Shown: positions 13,387-26,570, numbered from the stretch's first letter. The stretch is 64,000 nucleotides of DNA from Takakia lepidozioides (GCA_030704615.1 CM060733.1:30194001-30258000), one strand, 5' to 3'. The notes: generated by a model from the sequence alone, not told the origin. Numbers and translations are program-made.

Positions 13387-13883
13387 CAGTGTTGAACTGG
13401 TATCAGTTTTAGGACATACCAGACTGGTCCTGGTACCAGACGTATCGCAAAACTTTCATACCAGTCTGGTCTATATAATAATAGATGTATCTTTTGGTAT
13501 GAGTATGAGTATCCTGACCACAATACCAGCTGGTATGAGATATCAATTCTGGTATCATTCCAAAGCCATCATTGAATAACAAGTTCATCAAATAGCAAGT
13601 ATCAAGTGAAAACAAATACAATACAATAAGGAAATAAATATATATAAGTATAAATATGTAGGCATATGTACACATAAATTATTATAGTATATATACCAGA
13701 CTAAATGAGGAAGACGTTGGGGGAGTACTGGTATTGTGGCTGGTATGAAAAAATTGATATCAGCCTGGTCCTGATATATAATCAAGTATTCTCCCAAATT
13801 ATACCAGACTGGTCTGGTATCTAATACCAGTGCATATACCTGTGCACATACCAGGCAATACCCTATATACCGGTACAACACTG
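13387..13883. mobile_element. 497-bp hAT-type MITE
   Basis: TIRs CAGTGTTGAACTGGTAT ... ATACCGGTACAACACTG; perfect 8-bp TSD GTATTTAC (13379-13386 and 13884-13891); many internal CTGGTAT/ATACCAG motifs; no coding capacity. Confidence 0.85.
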
Positions 13884-15249
13884 GTATTTACTATTACTAT
13901 CATTACTACTATCATTATCACTATTATTCTCATTTGACAATAATTGGGATGTTATCGCGCACGCGCGAGCTGACCGGTGGGCCCCGCGCACGGACGCCCA
14001 GCTTCCCCCGCCTGCCGATGTCGCCCAGCTGGTGCCGCGGCCCACCAGCGGCGCCCGCACCGCGCTCCGCCGCGCCCCCAGTCCGCCCGCCAGTCCGTTG
14101 CCCGTGAGTCCAGTTCCCCTCAGTCCGCCAAACCGTCAGTTTGCCAGCCAGTCCGCTGTGCCAGTCCCCGCAAGTCTACCCAGCAGTCCGCTGTGCCCGT
14201 CTACTGCCCCCAGTCTGCCAGTCCGCGCCGGCCGAAGGATCTAGATCGTCCATTCTGAGAAACCCATCCGCGCCATCCATGTTTAGGGCATGGAAGATCA
14301 TAACATCCTGCCACAAACTCACCCACTCGTTCTTGTTGTCTTGTCCTTGCGGCTCTTTGTTGTCCAATGTTGCGGAGGTGACTTTGCATGCATGCGGCTG
14401 TTCTTCTTGTTTAGGGTGATTTTAATGACGATGAAGGGTGTGCCTGAACATGGGAGGGCTGGCGGGGCTCTAAAGCCACCATCGTGCATACGCTTCCACT
14501 ATTTTCGCCTTCGTTTTGTGCTGACGTGCTTATTTTTTAGGACGATATGTGGAAAAATTGCATGCATTTACAGTTTGTGGTGTGTGTCCGAGTCCGAGCT
14601 CCTTCGTATGGAGCAGGAAACCATTGGTAACACGATAGCGGAAATCACGGAAGCATATGCATGTGGGGGGGGGTGTATACATTGCAGAATTTATGTCCAC
14701 CGATGAAACTATTCAGGGGAGGACGTCTCTGCCACCACATGTCTGGGAATTGCGGAGAGTGTGAACGGAACATGATCCAGTCCGAAGGTCCTCAAACATC
14801 CAGATGCACCTCCTGAAACATCACATCTCAACCACTACCGTCTCCTTGAAAACTGGACAATGGGAAAGGAGACGTAGCCTGAGAGATGAGGATTCACGTT
14901 ACTTGTGGATGTTCGAGGTCCTTACGACTGCAAATGCGCGTGGATCAACAGGCTCTTCGACTGTGGCTTTGCCAGTACTTTCTCTAAACAGTGTGTTGTG
15001 CCATGAGTATGGGCATATGTAAGTCTGCTGGACGGATGAAATGCAACCACGGCATGACGGCGACGCCAAGCGTGGTTCTGATGGGATATCAGTCTGGTTT
15101 GCTGGACTGTTGGTCTGTAGGGATACAAGTCTGGTGTGTCTGTTCTTCACTGGACTACTGGGCCGTCATTGCCTGCCGAATTCCAAAGTGTCTTCTCTTG
15201 TCTTATCCCCGAAGTCTCTTCTCTCGTCAGTCTGTTGAACCGTCGGTCA

Positions 15250-15832
15250 GCTGGAAATACTGTTTTTTCCAAGAGTTCTCCAAGGATGGTAACATTTTAC
15301 GGTCCAACGACTTTGACAGTCAGGTTGGGGGAGAGTGGGCCATGATGCGAGTTGTGTACAGGTGCAATGTCCTACTGGAAAACTGTGTTGCCTCTTTTGA
15401 GAAATCGTTAGGCTTTGTTAGCAGTGTAATCATAGATCCAAAGTGAATGTCGGTGTCGACTAGATTGCTCAAGTAACAAGAAATACAGAGAAGACCATCC
15501 ATTTTACTCTTACCCGTCCCACATTCATCCATCTACTTTCATTTTTTGCACTCATCCATCTGTTTATCATCCACTCTACATTCATCCATCCTTCATTCAT
15601 CTGTTGCTTTCAGGTGAAAATGACCACGTCCTTTCATTATGTCGTCCAGCTTGTTTCCGCGGTAAAGGGTGCTCTTCCGCGGGAATACACTCCACTTCTT
15701 CCTTGGCGCGTGGTGACGCGGCCTTCAAGCGCAATGACGTGGAGTGAGCCCCGTGATGTGTTGTTGGCGCCATGTGACGTGGCGTGAGCGCAGTTGCGCT
15801 CACGCGACCAGGCTCACGCTGAGGCATCCCTG
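15250..15832 (+). pseudogene. 3' fragments of a ParB-MTase gene copy (one exon piece plus downstream region, MTase exons deleted)
   Basis: 15252-15455 matches 45533-45740 (WKYCFFQEFSKDGNILRSNDFDSQVGGEWAMMRVVYR); 15496-15832 matches ~49167-49493. Confidence 0.8.
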
Positions 15833-16341
15833 GCTGGCTTGGAGTCCGCTGGACAACATTGTGGTGGATGGGCGTCTTCTGGGTGGCAGTCTGCTGGCTG
15901 GGAGTATGCTGGATGGGAGTATGCTGGACGAGAGTTTGGTACACGGGAGTGTGTTGGACAAGACTATGCTGACTGTGAGTCTGGTGGCCAAGACTGTGCT
16001 AGATAGGAGTCTGCTGGGAAAGTGTCTGGTGGGCAAGAGTCTGCCGGATGCCAGATTGGGTGGGCTCTGTGTCCACCGAGTCTGCAGTGAGTATGGTGTT
16101 GACCAGAGAGTTGGCGTGTGCTTTGTCTGCAGAGTCCAGTGCTGCTATGGCGTCTGCTGAGCCAGGGTACTTAGACAAGATGTACTCCCGCACCCGCTCC
16201 ACTTCCCGGTGCACCACATTCACTGCTAAAGGAGGGTCGGAGCTCACCGTCCGCCAAGCACACATGGCCTCCCGAATACCGGCTCGTTCATTCTGGTATA
16301 TGACAGAAAACCCAAAAACTCAGCATCGGACTCACTAGCAA

Positions 16342-17466
16342 CAGACTCACCAGCAGACTCACCAGCATCGTGTCACAGAACAAAGGAACCAGTGGACTCC
16401 AGCAGACTCAACGGCAAGAGACACCTGCGCATGTATAGTAGACTAAACCAGCAGACTCTATGACAACAGACACCTGTGCACCTACAGTGGATTGCAGGAG
16501 GGGATTGTACTATTGCTCAGGAAGCAAGGCGAGCAAACTCATGGGACTGACCAGCAAGTCTACAAGCAGACTGACGCAGCAGACCGAGCAGGTAGACTAC
16601 CAACTACGTGCAGACTCACGAGCAGACTCACAAGCATCGTGGCACAGAACAAAGGAACCAACGGACTCCAGCAGACTCACGAGCAGACTCACAAGCATCG
16701 TGGCACAGAACAAATGAACCAGCGAACTCCAGCAGACTCACGAGCAGACTCAAAGCATCGTGGCAGGAAGTTTCACGGGCTATGCCAGGGAGACGGTCTA
16801 CACAGCAGACGTAGACCATCAATACTTCGAGTGAGAGTCAATTTGTTGAGCTGTCTGCAGACACATTCGGAATGATGAATTCGCAGGTCTGGGAGGTGTC
16901 TCATCTCCCGTCGACATTGTCTTGCCTGACCAGTCGAGGGTTCATGTGGACGAAGTCCAGTAAAAAAAGACTACCGGTGGAGTCTGTCCTGACACATTGC
17001 GCATGATACCATTTGGGCTTCTCCCATCGGTGTGCCCACCAGTGGACGATCCAGAGTTCTTCCGTTTTTTCTACAGTTTCGCCCAGTCCGGACAGCTCGG
17101 CAGAACCATCCAAGCAGTGGAGGAAAATTGGTTGAGCTCCCTTGAAGATGAGGAGGACATCTATGTCGACGAGGAGGAGGAGGTAATGCCCAGTCTGTCC
17201 CCATAGTTGGTAGTCTACCTGCTCAGTCTGCTGGGTCAGTCTGCTTGTGGACTTGCTGGTTAGTCCCATGAGTTTGCTTGTCTTGCTTCCTGAGTCCAGT
17301 AGTACAATCCCCTCCTGCAGTCCATTATGCGCAGGTGTCTGTTGTCATAGAATCTACTGGTTCAATCTACTATACGTGCGTAGGTGTCTCTTGCCGTTGA
17401 GTCTGCTAGAGTCCGCCGGTTCTTTTGTTCTATGCCACGATGTTTGTGAGTCTGCTCGTGAGTCTG
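16342..17466. repeat. ~265-bp inverted repeat (arms 16342-16606 and 17204-17466) with 60-bp tandem units in the spacer
   Basis: The same peptide MGLTSKSTSRLTQQTEQVDYQL is read on both strands; the arms are reverse complements by inspection; 16610-16765 has ~2.5 copies of a 60-bp AGCAGACTCAC-containing unit. Confidence 0.85.
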
Positions 17467-17739
17467 CTGGAGTCCGCTAGTTCCTTTGTTCTGTGGACGA
17501 GTCTGCTGTTGAGATTTTGCCCTTACCTCCCGAGCAGATCTTGCAGCCTTTTCTCTTTCCTTCTTCTGGGTCCCATCACTAAGTTTCATTTTTTAGGGAG
17601 CCACAAGCGATGGCGATGTCAGGTCATGCACATCTTGCATTGAAACAGTAAAACCCACCCCATACCGTGCGCGCACCTCCGCCAAAGTGCGGGCCTTTGG
17701 GTTTGCGCCACGGAGTCAGGCGGTGGCCGCATTCACCAC

Positions 17740-18465
17740 TGTCACGGCCCTTCGCCTTGAGGGCAGGGGGTCGGGACACGAGAGGGGCTGCCCCTGTGGT
17801 GGGGGCAGTGGCAACAATAGATGTGGGGGCTGAAGCACCCTTGAGTGCCCAAGGCACTCAAGGAGGCGGAGGCGCTCACTAGGTGGAGCCCCGCACACCG
17901 GGTTGCGGTGGGGGTGGTTCCACGAGGGGTGGTGGTAGCTTAGTGGGACTTAGTGGGGGTGGCATAGGACTCATCATGGGGGGGAACACCTTATGGTAGG
18001 AGTCGTGGGGAGTCTTGGGACTCATCACGGTCCAATGGGACCGTGGTGGGTGAGTCAAGACTCACCGCGACTCATCACCGGGAGTCGAGGGTTTTCGTGG
18101 CGGTTCGCCATAAAATGGCATGGTTGTTTGTGAAACCCTCGCGGACAGTCACAGAAGTATATATATGGAGTAGTAACCCCGAGAACGGTGCAAGCCCGTT
18201 GGTGACCAAAAGCTAGTGAGTAAGCGTGCGAGCCGAAAAGCGACCAAGGTGTGGGGAGCTGTTCCGGACTGCCATCGACCAAAGGGAATTTCCACTTGGC
18301 TCAAATTGAGAGAGGGTCTCGTGGATGAGTAAAGGGGGACCGTTATGCCCCAGTGAGCAGCCGAAGCTCCGAGTTGGCCCGGCGGCCAGGTTGGGAGTTA
18401 GGCGCGCGCATCAAAGCGAGTGACTATGACTTGAAGGGGAGCTTACCGAAGTGAGGTGCGCGACA
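17740..18465 (+). repeat. 5' LTR
   Basis: TGTCACGGCC...GCGCGACA; direct repeat of 22304-23029 with roughly 25-30 differences by eye. Confidence 0.95.
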
Positions 18466-18467
18466 CT

Positions 18468-18479
18468 TGGTATCAGAGC
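18468..18479 (+). promoter_or_regulatory. Primer-binding site complementary to tRNA-iMet
   Basis: TGGTATCAGAGC, 2 nt after the 5' LTR. Confidence 0.9.
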
Positions 18480-18520
18480 TTAGAGTTCAATACGCGATCG
18501 TCCTTGGGATCGGCCTCATC

Positions 18521-21500
18521 ATGGGGTCGGGCAAGCCAAAGCAAAAGCGGAACGGCCCGAAATATGAGGATCTTGGTGGGCCCGATGGGGCGACGTGTCA
18601 CCGAAGCGGCCATTTGAGGAAGCGATGCATGCTTTTGAAAAGGACGCCGCTCAAGAATGGGAGGAATCTGAGGAGTCGGAGCCCGAGGAATCCCGGAGAG
18701 CTCCGACAGACCAACAGATGCCTCCCATGCCAGCAGCCTTTTCGGAAGGGTTGTTGGCGCAGTTTGGTGGGACGTTGAAAGACGTGTTGAAGGCGGCTAA
18801 TGCCACTTCCACGAAGGCAAAGTTTAAGGTGAAGCCTAAGGAACCCGGCACCTTCGAGGGCGTCCGAAATTGGAAGGCACTCAACACCTGGCTCTTGGAG
18901 CTAGAGCAGTACTTCCGGGCGGCCAAGTTGAGTGACGAGGATCTGGTGGAAGTGGCTCCCATCTATTTGAGGGGCTATGCTCAACAATGGTGGCAGAAAC
19001 GCCTTCACGACTGAGGTCCAAACCCGAAAACCTTGAGCTGGAGTGGGTTCAAGGAACTGATGAAGAGACAGTTTGTGCCCCTCAACGCGTCCTGGCTCGC
19101 CCGGGACAAGATGAGGAATTTGAAGCAAACGGATGACATTCGGGGATATGTTCAGGCTTTCAATGTGCTGTTGCTCAAAGTCGCGGACATGGCAGAACCA
19201 GAAATGGTCTTCAACTTTGTGGCGGGACTGGGCCTATGGGCCAGGTGGAAGTTGGAGGAGAAGCCACCTAAGACTTTGAACGAGGCAATTGAGAGGGCTG
19301 AATGCTTCTCGGATGTCCCTAGGGGCGAAAGACAAGGTCGTACGGAGCTGAACCATAAGAAGATCGAGCGGGAGGGTGACTCTTTTCGACCGGAAAAGAA
19401 GTGGGATGGGCTACGCGACGATAATGGCACGTGGAAATCGAAGGGAGGGCCTTCACACGCCAAAACAACACCGGTGCTCCAAAAGGAAAAGCAGGTGCGA
19501 CGCCTTATGGCGGACAAAAGGCGACCTTCGATGGAGTGTGCTTTAATTGCGGGGAGCCCGGGCACATGGCTAAGAAGTGCGCAAAACAGCGGTCATAGCT
19601 GGCCGCAAGAGAGTAGTCACGTTGCCGTGTGGGAATGGTGGCAAAGTTTTACGAGTGTCGAAAACGCCCAAACCCGTGGGAGGGCGAATAAACCTTCTGT
19701 CAGCAAGGGAGTGCGCCGTGGACGAGCCACACGAGCCCTAGTTTTTGCTTTACGTAAGACAAGTGAAAGGAGAAGGCGATGGGGAGCCGAGCCCAGATTG
19801 GATCAAGGGGATCTTGGAGAAATACCAGGATGTGATGCCGAAGGATTTACCAAGCGGCTTGCCATCGCGAAGGGGAGTTGATCAAAAGATTGAGGTGATA
19901 CTGGGATCGGAGCCGCCTGCCAAGGCGCCCTACCGGTTGAGCCACAGAGAGTTGGTCGAGCTGAAGACTCGGCTCAAGGATCTAATGTCAAAGGGGTACA
20001 TTCGGCCGAGTAAGTCACCTTACGGAGCCACGGTGCTATTCGCAAACAAGAAGGATGGGACGCTGCGGATGTGTGTCGATTACAGGGCTATGAATAAGGT
20101 GACTATAAGAAACTGGTACCCTTTGCCAAGGATTGACGATCTTTTCGATCGGTTGGCAGGAGCGAAGTATTTCAGCCGGATCGATTTGCGCTCCGGCTAT
20201 CATCAAATTTGAGTGGCGGAAGGAGATGTGGAGAAGACCGCGTGCAGAACAAGATATGGTTCGTACGAGTTCTTGGTGATGCCTTTTGGGCTCACCAACG
20301 CACCCGCAACCTTTAGCACGCTAATGAACAACCTTTTCCAGGAGTGGTTGGATGACTTTGTGTAATCATGTACATCGACGACATCTTGGTGTACTCGAAA
20401 ACAAAGGAAGAACACCTGGAGCACCTAAAAAAGGTGTTCCAGAAATTGCGGGAAGGGAAGCTGTATGCCAAAGCTTCAAAGTGCGAATTCGGGGTCACAA
20501 AAGTGGAGTTCCTGGGGCATGTGATTACACAAGATGGGATCAAAATGGATGACAGAAAGGTGAGGGCAATCTTGGACTGGGAGCCTCCGACTTAGGTCCC
20601 GGGAGTGCGATCCTTCCTAGGATTCGCCTCCTATTACTGGAAGTATGTGAGAAATTTCGCCAAGATCGCAGGGCCGCTGTCAGACCTCTTGTGTAAATCC
20701 AAAGTCTAGGTATGGAACACCTTTTGTGGCCAAGCTTTTGCCGAGTTGAAGCAGCGGATGGCGGAAGCTCCAGTCCTCAAAATTCCGGAGTTCGACCGTC
20801 CATTTGAGATCTATACAGATGCGTCGAACTTCGCAATTGGGGGTGTACTCAGGCAGGATGGACGTCCAGTGGCTTACGAAAGTAAGAAACTGAATGAAGT
20901 GGAGCGACGGTGGCCTATGCACGAGAAAGAAATGAAGGCGGTGGTGCATTGCCTTGAGCTTTATTTTGCCACGCAGCCTAAGTTGTCCCCAAAACAAATT
21001 AGGTGGCAAGACACTTTGGCACTGTTCGACCTGGATATCCAGTACAAACCGGGACGAGACAATGTGGTGGCCGATGCTTTAAGTAGAAAGCAGCAGCTCA
21101 TGTTGGTGTACAAGGGCGAGACGACGCTCCAAAGGAAGATCCGGAAGGCTTACCGGAAGGATGAGATGGCGAAGTCCGTGATGCGGGACTTGAGGATGGG
21201 GGTTAAATCGCAGTTTCACTTGCAAAATGGACTGCTCCGATATAAGCAAAAGCATCTCTACGTACCGAAGGGAGGGATCAGAGATAGTCTCTTGAGAGAA
21301 TGCCACGATGGCCCGCTTGCGGGTCACGGTGGAGCCAAGCGCACCGCGGCACTCTTGAAGAAAGAATATTTCTGACCCAAACTGAGGGAGGAGGCCGAGG
21401 AGTATGTCAAGACATGCACCACATGCCAACAAAACCGGAGCGAATACAAAAAGCAAGCGGGGCTGTTACAACCCTTGCCGATTCCAGAGGGGTCTTGGGA

Positions 21501-22149
21501 AAGTGTCTCGATGGATTTCATGGCTACTATGTCGCTGTCAAAAGGATTCGATGCGATCATGGTGGTGGTGGATAGGTTCAGTAAAATGGGCCATTTCATC
21601 CCCACTAAGGAGACAGCAACGGCCCAGGAGACGGGGCGACTTTACTTCGCACACGTCTTCAAGCATCATGGACTTCCGAAGGATATTGTCTCGGACCGCG
21701 ATCCAAAGTTTACGAGTAAGTTTTGGAGGGCACTTTGGAAGAAAATGGGGACGAGGCTCAAGATGCGCACCGCTTTCCGACCTACGACGAACGGCCAAAC
21801 GGAAAGGGTGAATTCCGTAGTGAAGCAGATCTTGCGGAATTACGTGTCGGCAGACCAATCGGACTGGGTGGAGCACTTGGATGCGGCAGAGTTATGTTAT
21901 AATAACACAAAACACTCCGCAATGGGAGTTTCTCCTATCGTATTGGTCTATGGAAAAGCACCTCTGGTGTTGACAAGTTGGGCTGCCCAAGACGTTGAGG
22001 AACCGGCAGCAACAGCGGTGCTGGAGGAACGCGAGCATTTATTGAAGTTCGCAAAGTACAACATTGCCAAAGCTAGAAAACGGTATGAACGGCAGACGAA
22101 TCGGACCGCCCTTGGCCGGGACTTGGAGGAAGTCAACCGAACTAGCTAG
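18521..22149 (+). pseudogene. gag-pol: gag-pol of gypsy element 1 (stops and frameshifts; protease not detected)
   Basis: Gag KPKEPGTFEG..WL..LEQYF, zinc knuckle CFNCGEPGHMAKKC (~19537-19580), [15 protein letters not shown] and YIDD, RNase H EIYTDAS, integrase H..GH..C..C, SMDF, SDRD, GQTER. Confidence 0.9.
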
Positions 22150-22303
22150 TGGAGAGTAGAGTCAAGTGGGGGTTTGGTTCTTTGCCATGGGTTGCCATGG
22201 TACGGAAACAAACTCCTTGATGTGGGACGCCACAACTTGGATGTTCGTTTCTACAAAAATGACAAGTCAATGAGGACATCGACTCCCTGTTGGTAGGGGT
22301 GTG

Positions 22304-23029
22304 TGTCGCGGCCCTTCGCCTTGAGGGCAGGGGGTCGGGACACGAGAGGGGCTGCCCCTGTGGTGGGGGCAGTGGCAACAATAGATGCGGGGGCTGAAGC
22401 ACCCTTGAGTGCCTAAGGCACTCAAGGAGGCGGAGGCGCTCACTAGGTGGAGCCTCGCACACCGGGTTGCGGTGGGGGTGGTTCCACGAGGGGTGGTGGT
22501 AGCTTAGTGGGACTTAGTGGGGGTGGCATAGGACTCACCATGGGGGCGGAGACCTTGTGGTGGGAGTCGTGGGGAGTCTTGGGACTCATCACGGTCCAAT
22601 GGGACCGTGGTGGGTGGGCCAAGACTCACCGCGACTCATCACCGGGAGTCAAGGGTTTTCGTGGTGGTTCACCATAAAATGGCATGGTTGTTTGTGAAAC
22701 CCCCGCGGACAGTCACAGAAGTATATATAGGGAGTAGTAACCCCGAGAACGGTGCAAGCCCGTTGGTGACCAAAAGCTAGTGAGTAAGCGTGCGAGCCGG
22801 AAAGCGACCAAGGTGTGGGGAGCTGTTCCAGACTACCATCGACCAAAGGGAATTTCCACTTGGCTCAAATTGAGAGAGGGTCTCGTGGAGGAGTAAAGGA
22901 GGACCATTATGCCCCGATGAGCAGCCGAAGCTCCGAGTTGGCCCGGTGGCCAGGTTGGGAATTAGGCACGCGCATCAAAGCGAGTGACTATGACTTGAAG
23001 GGGAGCTTACCGAAGTGAGGTGCACGACA
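22304..23029 (+). repeat. 3' LTR
   Basis: TGTCGCGGCC...GCACGACA, preceded by the purine-rich GGTAGGGGTGTG and followed by the TSD ACCAC. Confidence 0.95.
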
Positions 23030-23345
23030 ACCACCCTCATTGAACTTTGAACTGGCCACGGCTTGAAGTCAGGTGGGATATGGCGCTTGTTTTTGCAACC
23101 TGTGTCAACGCAATGGCGGTTTAGCTACACTTTGTCCTTGATAATTTCACTACAGAAGGGACAATGGAGCTTATCATTCTGCCAGTTGGAGTCTGCAGGC
23201 TTGATTGCGCGGAGGTCTAAGAATGCTTCGACTATTTTCGCATCTTACTCCTCAGGTGAGTACCAGTACCTTTGCTCCTTTAGCCTGGACTTGTAAATGA
23301 AATGCAACCAGTCCGCTCCACCCTTTTCACAAGCATCCTCCATGG
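23030..23345 (-). pseudogene. 5' part of an unknown Cys/His-motif ORF interrupted by the gypsy element (continues left of 17739)
   Basis: Minus strand reads MEDACEKGGADWLHF...KLHCPFCSEIIKDKV*LNRHCVDTGC...; the frame appears to continue across the ACCAC insertion site; in-frame stops present. Confidence 0.4.
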
Positions 23346-24533
23346 CTGTAGAATCAAACAAGAGATGCAGCGGCAAATGAGCGATAGACAGACTAAGAAT
23401 AAGAAAGCAGAGAAGAACGGAAAAGAGAATGGAAAGAAACCAAAGCACAAAGAGGAAAGCTCACCAGACGTGTTGCGGAGGCGACGGTTGTTGCAATGAT
23501 TCGGTGCTCACGCGACTGTTCGTGCCTTGAAAAACTAACACGCACAAAGGAAAGCGGGCTCGCACAAATGGGAGGTGGACGGGCCTAAAACGAAACAGTG
23601 CGAAAGAAGTCTAGCGGGAAATGGAGAACAGGTATAACCCTGCATGCCGACGCATGCCGCGGTGATGTGGCGAGATTTCACTGGCGCCCCTTTTTGGCTG
23701 CCATCGGATTAAATAGTTGCAGACCCCTCACACGTGCTGTCGGTATGCCACTGCACCGACAGTCCAGCAGACGGGATGAGTGGGACTATCGTCAGTCTGC
23801 CGTCGCCGCATTCATTAAGTCTAGCAGACTTACTCCTGATGACAAAGACGGCCGAGTAGACCCAGTACCCTCGACAACAGACTCATATGGCACATCAAGG
23901 ACACACTAACGATTGAGGTTAAGTGGACTTTCGAAGAGACTAAGGCAAGTGCGGAGTCTGGTGCGGAGTCTGATGATGTGGCGCGACGTGACTGGGCCTC
24001 CTTACCACCATCGCTGCATTTATTGCGTCTAGCAGACTTAAATCTAATGACATAACGGCCAAACAGACCCACTCCAAACAAACTTGCGTAACAACAGACT
24101 CATATGCCACTGCACGGACAGTCTAGCAGACGGAAGGTTCAACAGACTGACGAAGGGACTGGCGCAGAGTAATTTGCGCGACAACAAACTGATTTCTAAC
24201 AGACTAATATCTCAAAAGACAAAGTATCCCCTAGGCGGCCGGGTGATACAGGAGCAAACCGTAAACCGCACTTTCTGTCCGAGTTTGGACGCGGCGCGAG
24301 ATCCCTGGCGCCCCTTCCTACCGTCGTTGCATTAATAGGTCCAGGTAACTTACACGTGATCATAATGAAGGCTCAACAGACCCAGCGCAAACAAACTTGC
24401 GCCACAACAGACTGACTTTGTGACAGTCTAGCTGACTGATATCAGAAGAGACGGACAGACCAGCAGTCTGACGGCTCAGCAGACTCACGACAATGCGGAT
24501 AATTAAAAGGTAGTAGTTAAACAGACTCATATC

Positions 24534-26250
24534 CTCCACTTCCTTATGTATGCCTCCAATGTCATTTGAGGCCAGGAAACAATAGAAATGTTCAAGTCCT
24601 TCAAAGTCTGCTTGAGCACAATGATGGCGCGTTTCTCCAGCTGCAAATGGTGCATTTGTCAGTTTTGCAAATAAGGTACTCATCACATTCATGAAGTCAA
24701 CAAAAATGGAATTTCTTTGAATACACACCTGCCTCCAAAATGTAGCCTTGTGAAGCCAGTTGTCAAACACAATGTCACTGATTCCTTCCACCTTTGTGCC
24801 AGGCTGTATAGTGCTCTTTGGGAACTGATTCAAGTCCTTCACTGTCTGATCTGAGTTCCAAATCTCCAGCCATCTTATTTTGGTTTGGGGGTCAACCATG
24901 GAGATGGCCAGCCGGTGCAATTTTTCCTGCTGCATCTCCGGATGCACCTGCTTGTTATAGTGAGATTTGATCTGCAGAAGGAACTCAACACCAAGGCCAG
25001 GATCTACTATTCTAAGCTGCTTTCCGAAGGCGGACATCAGTTTGGTTCTGCAGATTTCATACTCCTTTTTTATTGTTGCTTCCACACCCTTTGATGTCCT
25101 ACGTTCCTCTGTTGTAATGCGGTAGTATTCGGATTTCCCCTTCTCACCTGCATCTGCCAGTTCTTGTTGCATTGATCAAAATAGGGATGAGTACAAAATG
25201 AAATACAAACATGTATTTAGAAAAACAAGTGAGTACAGGCTCGGCCTTACCGCATACATGTACTCCAGAAACGCCTTTTGATTCAAAGAATACCAAGTGC
25301 CTGCAGCTCTTCCTGTTTCGCACTTCTTGATTATATCGGGGTGGAGTACTGTGCGAAAATCATCCAGCTTCATCAGACCAATCCTCTGAATTCGGAACAG
25401 TGTGTGGACCAAGCTTGTTGTCACATGCGATATCTATGTCGATCTGCAAGAAGATTGGAAACAATGCATTGGTAAACATCGTCTTTGGTGGGATTAACAA
25501 GACATTGGAGAAGCAATGGAGTCTCTAGGATGACTTACTTGTTCACGTCATGCATAGCTGTAAGAAACCTAGCGATGTCGTTTCTAGGATCCAAAACCAT
25601 TGCCTCTACAGCAACATGCTTGTCTTTGTCTTTCGCATGATGTTTCTGAATGTATCCCATCCATGCCAGCAATCGGTGGTTGCCATCCCAGACGTAAAAC
25701 ATGTGGTTGCAGAATTGTTGGGTGTTTCTTCCCATCATGAGGCCCAGCTCGAACTCCTCATTAACATCCTTCCAGCACTCATCCCAGGTATCTGTGATCT
25801 CAGGACACACTAATGTGCTTTTCCCATTTGTATCTGTCAGTGACACATGAAAAACTTGTGCACCAAGTCTGTATCCATGCACGAAATCAGTTTCCAATTT
25901 TGTAATGTCATGGGAAAGAGGAGGACGCACTGAGAGTTTACCTTCTGGAATGACATGAGTTCTTTCACCTTGTCAAGGTAGTGCACTTCAGGTTCATCTG
26001 CTTCATCGCTATTCTCAGAGCTCTTGGCAGACTCGTCCCCATCTCCATAACCTTTTGCCTCTGTTCCTGTCTGCTTGGACTTCACAGTTTTCTGCATGAT
26101 GCCATGGCAATCAAACAGTGAGTAATGTGCAAATAGTGAACGTCGGTACCGACCATCAGTCTGTCTCGTCTCAAATAACAGTGAATGGCCGCACCGACAT
26201 TCACAACCATCTACACAAGCAAAACTGATCCAGACGAATGCAAACCAAAA
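24534..26250 (-). pseudogene. Truncated copy of the ParB-MTase gene A (ParB-like half only)
   Basis: Near-identical peptides to 43889-45524 (FYVWDGNHRLLAWMGYIQKHH; LHRLAISMVDPQTKIRWLEIW), same introns, internal deletion near 25930, homology stops at RKWR. Confidence 0.9.
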
Positions 26251-26424
26251 CAATATGACTACATAGTGATGGTCGGTACCAACAATTGTTAGAGGGCTGC
26301 TTGGGACTTGGACGCTTTTACGGGTTCTGTGGGGTACCCTTAATTTTTGCGCAGACTTACGGATGGTAGACTGAGACCAACAGGAGCCTTAGGGGTGGCA
26401 GGCGCATGCTTTAGGGGGGGGGTA

Positions 26425-26570
26425 GACAGCCAGTCACAGCCCCCCACAGTTTATCACAACTTCGCACAACCAGTCACAGCCCGTCACAGTCTATCACAGC
26501 TTTGCACAGCCAGTCACAACACAACACAGTCACAGCTCGGCACAGCTTGACACAGCCTGTCACAGCGTAC
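26425..26570. repeat. 10-bp-period CACAG minisatellite
   Basis: Repeated (G/A)TCACAG(C/T) units; same motif family as 60191-60390. Confidence 0.75.

Larger units (their letters stand above)
17740..23029 (+). mobile_element. Full-length but decayed Ty3/gypsy LTR retrotransposon (chromovirus-like, Galadriel/Tcn1-type motifs)
   Basis: Two 726-bp TG...CA LTRs, TSD ACCAC (17735-17739 and 23030-23034), PBS TGGTATCAGAGC, PPT, and gag-RT-RH-INT order. Confidence 0.95.
13946..26420. mobile_element. Rearranged, non-autonomous relative of the ParB-MTase Mutator-like family (boundaries approximate)
   Basis: Abrupt AT-to-GC transition at 13946 beginning GGGATGTTAT, similar to the other TIR starts. Contains pieces homologous to 43.8-45.7 kb and 49.17-49.49 kb and many CAGACT/AGTCTG repeats. 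No right TIR found. Confidence 0.5.
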
